NCBI RefSeq assembly: GCF_964355755.1
Contig: NC_092680.1
Location: 10,292,001-10,356,000, forward strand
Direction of reading: 5' to 3'
Length of the DNA stretch: 64,000 bases
Source: Antedon mediterranea
Lineage: Eukaryota; Animalia; Echinodermata
Within the stretch, counting starts at the first letter, position 1. The number at the start of each line of letters is the position of its first letter. Made by a program: the position numbers and the translations under genes. The notes under the pieces are model-generated. The model searched no databases, was not told the DNA's origin, and saw only the letters and a list, made by a program, of their open reading frames with translations. Positions 53,771-64,000 of the stretch are shown here, piece by piece.

Positions 53771-53913
53771 CAGTGACGTAATGCAGGGTGCAAAGGCCCC
53801 TAGTTTATCACTCCAATGCTGGGTAGTTGAATTGTGGCTGCTTATGCTCTGGTGCCCTTAAGCCTTGGGCCCCGGAGTTTAGCCAGTGAGCGCTCATAGC
53901 TGTTACGCCACTG
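53771..53913. mobile_element. hAT MITE in the putative 3' UTR
   Basis: CAGTGACGTAA...TTACGCCACTG; perfect 8-bp TSD GGACGGGT. Confidence 0.88.
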
Positions 53914-55084
53914 GGACGGGTGTGTGCATTATGTGAACAGACTTGTATATCAACAGACAGTTACAGTTAAAACATCTGTATTTGTTTATATAGTCTTCAA
54001 TATTTTTGGTTATGATTTGGCAAAGATTATTTTCCAAGACTGATAATCGTTTGCCATGTTTAAGTATCCGATGGTTATGCTTCCATCAGAAAAACAAATG
54101 GGTACAAGAGAATTTTTGTTTATATTTTCGTACACATTTTGAGGTATTTCAGTACACAGAACGAGACTCCACATGCTCAAAACCAGACTTATGATCTCAT
54201 AATCGTTTTTTCTTTTATTCTGGAAGAAGAAATACAGAAAAAAATCTTTATATATACAAATCTCTTGCTGTAGGAAAGTACACTTGTTATATATAACTGA
54301 GCTGTACAAATCTATATAACTACAGTACCAGCGCCTCCCACGCCAATTATTTAGTTACTAATAGCCTATAAAATTATAAAAAATGCAGTATATATACTCA
54401 CTCCTGCATGATGTTATACACTAATATAAATACATATTTGTATTATACAAATATATGATAGTATTAGTTAATTCTTATGTTTATTATTGAAGCTTTATAA
54501 GGATTTTCCATATATTTCAATATATCTCTCTTGATAAATTGACATCGTATCTATACTTTGTTAATTTAAACTATATATTGTTAGGCTTTTGCAAGGTCAG
54601 TCAAGCATTAAATGTTACATGGATTAAAGTTTAAAAAATAAAACATCGCAAAATGTCTTTATAGTATCCCCATTTTCCACTTTCTCTAGGGAAAAAATTA
54701 GAAACAAGTGTTGCTTAAAGATGTATTGTCCCTTGAAACACAAAAAAGCCGCCATAAAATACCGGTACAGGTTTTTGCTCATAACTCCTCTTCTACATCA
54801 TGTATGGAAATGATTTTGGTGGCAAGTGTTTTGAGGGTAGAAATCTAAATACAGCTTTTTGAAGTTTACTCAATGGCCACCATAACATGTTTTTGCTAAT
54901 TTATGTGCTAACTATGATTATCATTTTACTAAGCCTATGTTTCGAAGGTTACAGAATAAAAACAAAATTCAGCTTTTGAAATACAGTATATACTATATCA
55001 ATTGCGTGAAGAACCTAAAAAATAAAATGTTCTAAAAAGTTTGTTTGACGTAGATATTTTCCAAATCCTTTCTTTTTCAAAAAC

Positions 55085-56393
55085 TTTTATTTTTTTTTCA
55101 TTTTATCAAACACATTACAATACATCACTTTACAAACAGAAAAAAAGGAAAACCAAAGACGTTTGAGGAAGTCACATTATCTCAATTGTCATTCTCATCA
55201 GATGCATCATCACCATAATCATTTCTTTAAACCAGGCTATTATAACATCTTGTAAAAAGGAGTTACCAAGCTTTTCATAATTATAATTCCTATTCCCTGT
55301 TTTGGTTTACAAAGCCAGATCCATTCCCCGCCGATGCTCAAAATTTGTTTTCTAAATAATTGTTTTCCATTAGATGTTGTGTCAAGAAATCTTTTAACCC
55401 AGGTTATTTTTAAGGCTTCATTACATTTATAAATATTTGTCATTTTTAAAACTCCATTATCTTTATCGTTATACATAGTCTCTCTACTTACTTTATCAGG
55501 CTTCCCGTCCCAAATAAATTTAAATAGAGTTCGCTCCAATTTTTTCATAAATTCACTAGAAGGGGATGGGAGGACAGAGAATAAATATTTTAATTGAGAA
55601 AGTGTCAGTGATTTGATAATTGCAACTTTATCTATTGGTATTTTTTTTCTTGGCGACCAAATATTCAGAATCGTCTTTAGTTTTTCAAATTGAACATCAT
55701 AATTTAATTCAAAGAGTTTGCTTTTATCCAAAGAGATGTTTATTCCCACAGGTCCTTTTAGTCAATCTATAATCAGGAGGGAAGTTCTTAATTTTATTTT
55801 TCAGCCTAACCAATATTTAAAAAGCTTGATTTTGCCTTATTTAATTTCAACCTGGAAATATCACCAAAGTCTTCTATAAGTTTAATTGCATTATAGCTAT
55901 GGAAGTTTCAGTTCCATCCAAAATTAGAGTGGTATCATCCGCAAACTGGGTGATTTTTATTTGACTGTCAGGATTAACACAAATTCCCTTAATATTGTTG
56001 TAAGTTTCCCGTACTGCAATGCCCATTAATTCAGCACACAAAATAAAAATATAACAACTAAGTGGGCACTCTTGATGCACTCCCCTCGTTATTTTAAAAT
56101 AGTTGGATAGATAATCATTATTGATAACACAACTACTTAAAACCAGAACAAGGCACTTATATAAGACCATTCAATTTTATCGTACACGTTTTCATAATCG
56201 ATAAAAAATAAGGTTCGTGGAAAATCATTTGTATCTGCAAATTCAATCATCAGTACATTCCTCATTCTGTTTGAAATGGCTTTTGTAATTATTTTATAAT
56301 CAATGTTTAAAATTGATATAGGCCTCCAAATTGTTAATAATTCATCTTTGCCATCCTTCGGAATTAGTGAGATTACCCTTCTTCGTTGACTAT
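55085..56393 (-). pseudogene. Degenerate L1/Tx1-clade LINE (RT region and tail), interrupted by Academ element 2
   Basis: SQRRRVISLIPK, RPISILNIDYKIITKAI, RGVHQECPLS, QFADDTT, FKFIWDGKPDKV; continues for a few bp at 61061-61067. Confidence 0.85.
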
Positions 56394-57212
56394 TAGTCCA
56401 AGAGCATTAGTTCATAAGTATAGGCAGACCCGGACATTTTTGGTAACAAGCTAATTTTTTCAGGAAAGGTCCAGAACTATGATTGGAACATCATACTAAA
56501 AGTCCTGAAAAATCCTCCTTGTGCTCTCCGAGAAATCCAAGATGGCGTCCAAAATGGCTGCCATTTTAATTAGTCTATAACTTTGTAACCGCTTGTCATA
56601 GAGTAATGGTTTTGGTGTCAAATAGTTCACAGTATATACATTCCTATTTGCTCTAACAGAAAATTTTATCAAAAAATGACCGCAACTACAGTTTCTGGTA
56701 GTTTGACCTTTGACCTGGTCTTATCATATCTCGGTAACGGCTTGTCATAGAGAATTGAGATTAGGCCCAAATTGTTCAGAACATGCATATTTTTATTTGG
56801 TGTAATGAAATATTTTATCCCAAAATGACCGGAAGTGAGGTTATTGACCTCTTATTGACCTATTCATATATCTTTTACCGTATCTCAAGAAATATTTATC
56901 GTATAGCGTTACTTTTGGTGTCAAATTGTTTGGAATATATACATTTCTATTTAGTCTAATACAACAGTTTGCCCTAAAATGCTCGGAAGTAAGTTAAAAT
57001 ATTGAAAATTTAAAAAATCAAAGAGCTGCATAGGCAGGTATATGAATACTGTAGATAAAATCAAACTTTTAACTTTTTAAAAATGCTTTAAAACATGTTT
57101 TGGGCATAGCACATCATCAGGTAAAGTGAATTGAATGTTACAAAAAGAAAATCAATAAATTACAAAGAACAACTGTCAGTGGCCAATCAAAGTTGGTTAA
57201 AGTAAACAAAAG

Positions 57213-57253
<41 letters not shown>

Positions 57254-57328
57254 CATACTGTAAATTATAGAAACAGTGCTCATATTCGGAACATGATCTC
57301 ATAATCGCAGTGCTACGCAACATCATTG

Positions 57329-57364
<36 letters not shown>

Positions 57365-57511
57365 CAATGATGTTGCGTAGCACTGTGTAAATTATATATA
57401 AATCATACTGTAAATTATAGAAACAGTGCTCATATTCGGAACATGATCTCATAATCGCGTCGAGCATAGCTCATTGGCGAAAGTTCCGTATTTTTTAGTT
57501 GTATGAAAAAA

Positions 57512-57583
57512 TGTCTCTGGCGGGATTCGAACCTGCAACCTCTCGCTTACAGGGCGAGTATCATACCACTAGACCACAGAGCC
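57512..57583 (-). tRNA. tRNA-like sequence (UGU loop), probable pseudo-tRNA; left copy
   Basis: Exact reverse complement of 57846-57917. Confidence 0.55.
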
Positions 57584-57845
57584 ATGTATGGTATTATCAC
57601 AGATTTTCACCCACCAGATACATTCTCTCATACAACAAACGCCCTCACAATCAGTGGAGTCTTAACAAGTCAGAATAAATTCCAACTTTAAATCGCAACG
57701 GTTTTTTAAATAATATTGTGTATATGTAAATCAATGATGTTGCGTAGCACTGTGTAAATTATATATAAATCATACTGTAAATTATTTTGTTTGTTGTATG
57801 AGAGAATGTATCTGGTGGGTGAAAATCTGTGATAATACCATACAT

Positions 57846-57917
57846 GGCTCTGTGGTCTAGTGGTATGATACTCGCCCTGTAAGCGAGAGGTTGCAGGTTC
57901 GAATCCCGCCAGAGACA
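57846..57917 (+). tRNA. tRNA-like sequence (UGU loop), probable pseudo-tRNA; right copy
   Basis: 72-nt cloverleaf with A box TGGTCTAGTGG, anticodon stem CTCGC/GCGAG, B box GGTTCGAATCC and downstream T6; C33 and one mismatch each in the acceptor and T stems. Confidence 0.55.
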
Positions 57918-58025
57918 TTTTTTCATACAACTAAAAAATACGGAACTTTCGCCAATGAGCTATGCTCGACGCGATTATGAGATCATGTTCCGAATATGAG
58001 CACTGTTTCTGTAATTTACAGTATG

Positions 58026-58055
<30 letters not shown>

Positions 58056-58060
<5 letters not shown>

Positions 58061-58215
58061 GGGCTAGTGTTGCCCGAAAGCTCTGCTAACTTTTCTGGCT
58101 GTTTTACTTCTCGTTTTGATTTAGCTTTTCGCTTTTATTTTGTATCTCCATTGAGATCCAGCCACTGATACCCACAGCATTGTCATTATTTTCAGTAATT
58201 TGCCTTTGGATTTTT
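58056..58215 (+). mobile_element. Penelope-like 3' remnant abutting (TA)n, truncated hammerhead
   Basis: ATGA-AGGGC-TAGTGTT-GCCC-GAAA-GCTC directly after the (TA)n tract. Confidence 0.5.
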
Positions 58216-58302
58216 ATATATATGACATATACCTATACATGGCACATACCCGGATTGTCAAAAACAAATGTCAAAGACCCTTTATCTGCAATTTTTAGAT
58301 TA

Positions 58303-58635
58303 GATTTTTAAACGTGACTCTATAGCTCACGATGTCGGTCGGTAAACACTAACTCATATTCATATTTTTTCGTTATTTGGACACAGGATATTAATACTTG
58401 GAGGCAAATATAAATGTTTTTAAACATTTTTTAACATTTTCAGCAATTTCGGTCGGTTGGTCGGTCAGTAAACATTAAACTCATATTCATATTTTTTCGT
58501 TATTTTGACAGTCGATATTAATACATGTTTTTAAAAATTCAAAAAATCAACATTTTCAAACATTTTCAGCAATTTCGGTCGGTAAGTCGGTCGGTAGGTC
58601 AGTAAACAATAACTCAAATTTAAATGGCCTTGTTG
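58303..58635 (+). mobile_element. Helentron/DINE-like remnant with GGTC microsatellite and internal tandem units
   Basis: T-run start, GTCGGTCGGT repeats, three related ~120-bp units. Confidence 0.4.
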
Positions 58636-58817
58636 ACTTATTAAAATAACGCATTTTGAAACATTACTTGTTTTAAATGTTCGTTATATGGTTTATTTAT
58701 GATAAAAAGAGAATGTACCCTAGGTATTTCGCATCAAACACCCTTTACCCGGCATGCATAGACTTTTTTCAGATTCAGATTTTATTTGGTACTTGTGGAA
58801 ATCCATGAAAAATAGAT

Positions 58818-58890
58818 TGAAAGACACGGGCAATGATCCCGGTACCTCTCACATACTAAGTGAGCGCTCTACCATTTGAGCTAGTCCCCC
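58818..58890 (-). pseudogene. tRNA-Ala(AGC)-derived pseudogene
   Basis: GGGGGACTAGCTCAAATGGTAGAGCGCTCACTTAGTATGTGAGAGGTACCGGGATCATTGCCCG matches the eukaryotic tRNA-Ala body with point substitutions. Confidence 0.7.
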
Positions 58891-58910
58891 AGTAACAATG
58901 TAAAATGAGT

Positions 58911-59215
58911 GAGTGAGTGGCCGAGCGGTTCAGACAGTGGAACCGTAATTACGTAGCCATAACATCGGCAGGGGTTCGAGGCTCACTCACTCCATGGTTC
59001 TGGTGGTAGAACGAGTCTTCTCGGATAAGGACTACTATAAACCGTAGGTCCAGTGTACACATCTAGCTCGTGTGCACTTTAAAGAACCTAGTATATCTTT
59101 CGAGACGAGTAGGGGGTTACCCCGGTGTATTAGTACATCACAGCCACTGATCACCAACTGGGCCCTCTGGGAGACCAGTCTTTGACTGAAGAGGTTACCC
59201 AGTATAAATATAAAT
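58911..59215 (+). mobile_element. tRNA-derived Deu/Nin-domain SINE, copy 2
   Basis: Highly similar to 26212-26511; followed by (TTCAA)n. Confidence 0.8.
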
Positions 59216-59999
59216 TTCAATTCAATTCAATTCAACATATTTAACTGTTCTACTAAGATGAAAAATATGCCCTATATAGGATTTATTATATATTGAAAAT
59301 ATGCAAAATCTTTAAATCACTGTAATATTGATCAGCAGCATTCTGTTACAGTCATTCATCATCTGATGTTGCATCTTCAACATCTTGGTGTTTGTTGCTT
59401 TTTTTCACATCATTATCATCATGTTCATCTGTATGGATGTTGTTTTATATGTTTGCCAAAAACAGTTATGACATTAATTTGTTTTCATCTTTAAACAGTT
59501 AAAAAGTTAGAGTCTAGGCTTGCCAGTTAGAGAACATCAAGAGTGCATTCTCTTTAACAAGGAATGACCTGGTTTCATGTTTCAAAATGGTCTTTACATT
59601 CATTTTTTGACAATCCTGAGTAAATATATGCCATGTACATACTGTAGTGTTTGCCATTTGGGCATTTTCATGTGAAATGTATATGACCTGAACATTTCAT
59701 TTTCACAGTATCATAACGTCTATACATTTCCTAAATTACATAAAAGTTATACTTCTATGAACAAAAATAAATATCGTAATTTGTATATAAATAAAATAAT
59801 AAAAATAATGACGTGATTTCAACAAAGCACTAATTCGCGTATGTAACGCGAGTTAAAGACAAATAAAGCATTTAAAATGTATTCATGACAATTGACATCT
59901 ACGGGTGACTTTTGTAGCAATAAAATTTCAACCATAACTAGTATGAGAATTTAAGTTTCCCTGTGTTTTGGTCACGTCCATTTTTTGTAACAAGTGTTA

Positions 60000-60180
60000 T
60001 GCTTGGTTCCCACTAGCGACGCAACACAAGGACGTAACACAACGCAAGTGAATTGACCAATCACAAGCGATGGCTTATTCACTTGTGATTGCTAACTGTC
60101 TATAACTTCGCTTGTCATTGGTAAAAACGCTTGCGAATTGCGTTTACGTCCTTGCGTTACGTTCTAGTGGGAACCAAGCT
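60000..60180. mobile_element. Harbinger MITE
   Basis: TIR GCTTGGTTCCCACTAG; TSD TTA (59997-59999, 60181-60183). Confidence 0.85.
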
Positions 60181-61067
60181 TTACCAATATTCTTTGTTTT
60201 ATCGCAGCAAAATTTACCCTCAAGGTTATTGTTGAAAACAACAAAACACTATTCAACTACCCAATAAAATGTAACGCTTGTTGTGGAATAACCCATTTTT
60301 TTGTTTAATTAACCAACTTTGATTAGTAACAATTCACTTTACCTGATGATGTGCTATGCCCAAAACATGTTTTAAGGCATTTTTTAAAAGTTATAAGTTT
60401 GATTTTATCTACAGTATTCATATACTCTGCCTATGCAGCTCTTTGATTTTTAAAATTTTCAATCTTTTAACTTACTTCCGAGCATTTTAGGGCAAACTGT
60501 TGTATTAGACTAAATAGAAATGTATATGTTCCAAACAATTTGACACCTAAAATAACGCCATACGATAAATATTTCTTGAGATACGGTAAAAGATATGAAT
60601 AGGTCAAAAAGTCAATAACCTCACTTCCGGTCATTTTGGGATAAAATATTTCATTACACCAAATAAAAATATTGCATGTTCTGAACAATTTGGGCCTAAT
60701 CTCAATTCTCTATGACAAGCCGTTACCGAGATATGATAAGACCAGGTCAAAGGTCAAACTACCAGAAACTGTAGTTGCGGTCATTTTTTGATAAAATTTT
60801 CTGTTAGAGCAAATAGGAATGTATATACTGTGAACTATTTGACACCAAAACCATTACTCTATGACAAGCGGTTACAAAGTTATAGACTAATTAAAATGGC
60901 AGCCATTTTGGACGCCATCTTGGATTTCTCGGAGAGCACAAGGAGGATTTTTCAGGACTTTTAGTATGATGTTCCAATCATAGTTCTGGACCTTTCCTGC
61001 AAAAATTAGCTTGTTACCAGAAATGTCCGGGTCAAACCCTAATGCTCTTTTGGACTATATCTGATAA

Positions 61068-62979
61068 TCTAGTATATAAATTTACGTAAGGGCAAAATTC
61101 GGTAAATCGCGCCTTACTTTTAGAATTTTTACTCGATGGTAAATAAAGTTGGTCCGTACTTTCGGTACTGATTTTAACCGGGTGTCACGAAACCTAAGAC
61201 CACGAAAGCTAAAACCCCCTAAGACCTAAGATCACGAAAGCTAAGTAAGACCCAAGACCTAAGATTACAAATATTTATCTTTCGCACCTGCCTTGTATTT
61301 TAACTCCCAACATTTATTCTGAATACCACACCTTAGAATTGGCACTTTCATGAAAAAGAATCACATAAAAAGTAACAAATACATTTTTAAATTGATGATT
61401 TTACAGACGTTTTTCTCGCACACAAAATAACTAGCCTCCAGCACACTAGATGTTCAATGTTTTTGTTTCTATGGAACGTCAAAAGAGCAAAAATTATATA
61501 GAGGGCTGAAAACTCTGTGTGGAGTCCATCTACAGTGTGGATGGAACAATGTAAAATTAAAATTGTAATGATAATAGTATAATCATGCAAGTACGAAGAA
61601 ATAAATACTGGCAAATAAATTTTAACTTAAAAATTATGGTAAGTTTTTTTGTTTCGTTTTCTTTCTGTTTTTATACTTGTACTATTATTGTTGCTCTTTT
61701 GGCGCTCCATAGAAACAAAAACATTGAGCATGGGGAGCTCGAGGAGTTACATTACACAGTATAAAAAGAAACACGTCTGTAAAATCAGGATGGGAAAGGA
61801 TTTATTTATTTGTTATTATGTGTTTCTCCTTCTGAAAGTACTTATAAGTCCTAATTTTAAAGTGTGGTATTCAGGATAAAGTTAGTCAACAAATTTGGAG
61901 TCAAAATACAAGAAAGGCAGGTGCGTAAGAAAGACATCCTGTGAACCAACACATTGGAGTAAATATATACCAACAAACAACCCGTCAAGTTTGTTTGTTG
62001 TAAAGAAAAAATATACATTTACTCAACGGGCGAAAATAATGTGAGTTTATCTATGTTTTGCGGTAGTATTAAATTATATTTATGGTAATAAATGAAACCT
62101 ACTGTGTTTAAAATTATGTATGGATAAACAAGTATTGTTTTTAAGCTGTAGTATATCTTAGAATTTGTAATCTTAGGTCTTGGGTCTTAGCTTTCGTGAT
62201 CTTAGGTCTTAGGGGGTCTTAGCTTTCGTGGTCTTAGGTTTCGTGACACCCGATTTTAACCACCTGATTTAACCCTATTTACTAATTAAATTAAGTTAGA
62301 TAATAATTAGTTATTGACGATTAAAACGAATTGAGGTTCAACGATTTGCCCCAAAGAGGGGTGTTTTCCGATATTACTATTACTGAGATTGTGGATAGGC
62401 TCTACTGTTAGATATATAAACACATTATTATATACAAATAAACTTTATACTGACAGTTCCTTCTCAACGTTTGTATTAATTAATAATTACCAATAATATA
62501 AACGTCGTAGTGGTGTATCGTGACATGTACTTTAATATTTCAATCGATTATGACAGTGACACTTTTAACAAAGTATTAAATCGCAAATGTTTTACTGTAT
62601 TTAGAGGTATATTATTTATAGGCCTATAAAACATGAAAAAAATATTTCGTTACTGAGTGGATAAAGAATATATTTAAAAATTGTTCCTCTTTGTACCTAT
62701 CCGCTTTACAAAACACAAATTGGGTTTCTTTAAATGAGTCCAAATCAAAAACGTTGACTCATTTGTGATAAGTTTCTCCTTCGGAAGTAATTCCCAGGGT
62801 GCTAATTTTAGCTGACTACATAAATCATCGTGTCTATTTATTCGTTTCTGTAAACGACAATGTATTATAGTCCTGCGGTACGTACATTTGAAATCGCCAG
62901 TTTTGTTACGCTGAAATGACTGTGTATTCGAGAACCATCTGTAGGCACGACCTAGATGGTACGCTCGCGTACCATCTAG
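61068..62979 (+). mobile_element. Non-autonomous Helitron copy D
   Basis: A|TC start; 3' hairpin CTAGATGGTACGCTCGCGTACCATCTAG. Confidence 0.88.
61180..62251. mobile_element. MULE-like TIR element nested in Helitron D
   Basis: TIR GGGTGTCACGAAACCTAAGACC; direct repeat GATTTTAACC on both sides; uninterrupted Helitron copies have a single GATTTTAACC. Confidence 0.88.
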
Positions 62980-64000
62980 TCTATATGTAAATTTACGTAA
63001 GGGCAAAATTCGGTAAATCGCGCCTTACTTCTAGAATTTTTACTCGATGGTATATAAAGTTGGTTCGTACTTTCGGTACTGATTTTAATCACCTGATGTA
63101 ACCCTGTTTACTAATTACATTAAGTTAGATAATTAGTTATTGACGATTAAAACGAATTTAGGTTCAACGATTTGCCCCAAATAGGGGTGCTTTTCGATCG
63201 TGGTATACACTGTCTAATTGATGTCCATCTTGAAAAATACCCGCCACAAAAATGCGAGGAGGCTTCGCATTTTCCTATCTCCTCCTACGATAATTGTTTT
63301 TAATAGCTGAAAACCGGTTGAACAGCTAGAGTACAGCATCATAATGTTGAAGACAGGCCGATTTTCTTAAATAAATACCGTACTATTTTGATAGATTTAA
63401 TATACGATTATACAAATGTATTGATTTGCGATGAATGGAACATCCCAATCTCTCAGTCTGCCAGAGTTTGGTTTAACACAATAGGTAAATTTATGAGCCC
63501 TTGGTTTAACACATACGGTAGGTAAATATATGGGCCCTTTGAGAATAAACTTGAACAATACTGTAAATACCTATTAACTATTTTTGGTCCTCATTTGAAT
63601 CGAACATTTCTTACTGTGAATGTTCGTACTGTTAGATGTAATATAAAAATATATACAAATAAACTTATTACTGAGATTGTGGATAGGCTCTACTGTTAGA
63701 TATATAAACACATTATTATATACAAATAAACTTTATACTGACAGTTCCTTCTCAACGTTTGTATTAATTAATAATTACCAAAAATATAAACATCGTAGTG
63801 TGGTGTATCGTGACTTTAATATTTCAATCGATTATGACAGTGACAGTTTTAACAAAGTATTAAATCGCAAATGTTTTACTGTATTTAGAGGTATATTATT
63901 TATAGGCCTATAAAACATGAACAAACTATTTCGTTACTGAGTGGATAAAGAATATATTTAAAAATTGTTCCTCTTTGCACCTACTATCCGCTTTCCCATC
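62980..64000 (+). mobile_element. Non-autonomous Helitron copy E, tandem with D, runs off the window
   Basis: Begins TCTATATGTAAATTTACG immediately after the CTAG of copy D. Confidence 0.88.

Larger units (their letters stand above)
56394..61057. mobile_element. Academ non-autonomous element 2 with ~730-bp TIRs
   Basis: TAGTCCA...TGGACTA ends; 3-bp TSD TAT; TIRs 56394-~57132 and ~60330-61057 nearly identical; removing it restores LINE codons LSDSQRR. Confidence 0.88.

Overview
AT-rich eukaryotic (metazoan) genomic DNA; the repeat repertoire suggests a marine invertebrate, possibly an echinoderm (inference). One intact protein-coding gene can be assembled on the + strand: a 10-coding-exon TTC24-like TPR protein (22767-53526, about 791 aa, all splice phases consistent) ending in a CaaX box (CVIM). 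Most of the rest is nested transposable elements. These are two Academ elements (TAG...CTA ends, 3-bp TSDs; one a 3.7-kb foldback with two inverted XPG-like remnants), a young CsRN1/Kabuki-type Gypsy LTR element carrying Rex1-like and L1/Tx1-like LINE insertions, five copies of one non-autonomous Helitron (two head-to-tail), Helentron/DINE-like elements, Kolobok, Harbinger, hAT, MULE-like and Tc1/pogo-like MITEs, Deu/Nin-domain SINEs and Penelope-like remnants with degenerate hammerhead cores. There are also minisatellites, an intron-containing kinase pseudogene and an inverted pair of tRNA-like genes. The best leads are a shared ~10-bp spacer asymmetry between the two ends of both Academ elements, apparent transposon excision footprints visible by comparing repeat copies, and the tRNA-like/(TA)n/hammerhead palindrome. 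All coordinates were read by eye, and family assignments come from recalled motifs, not database searches.
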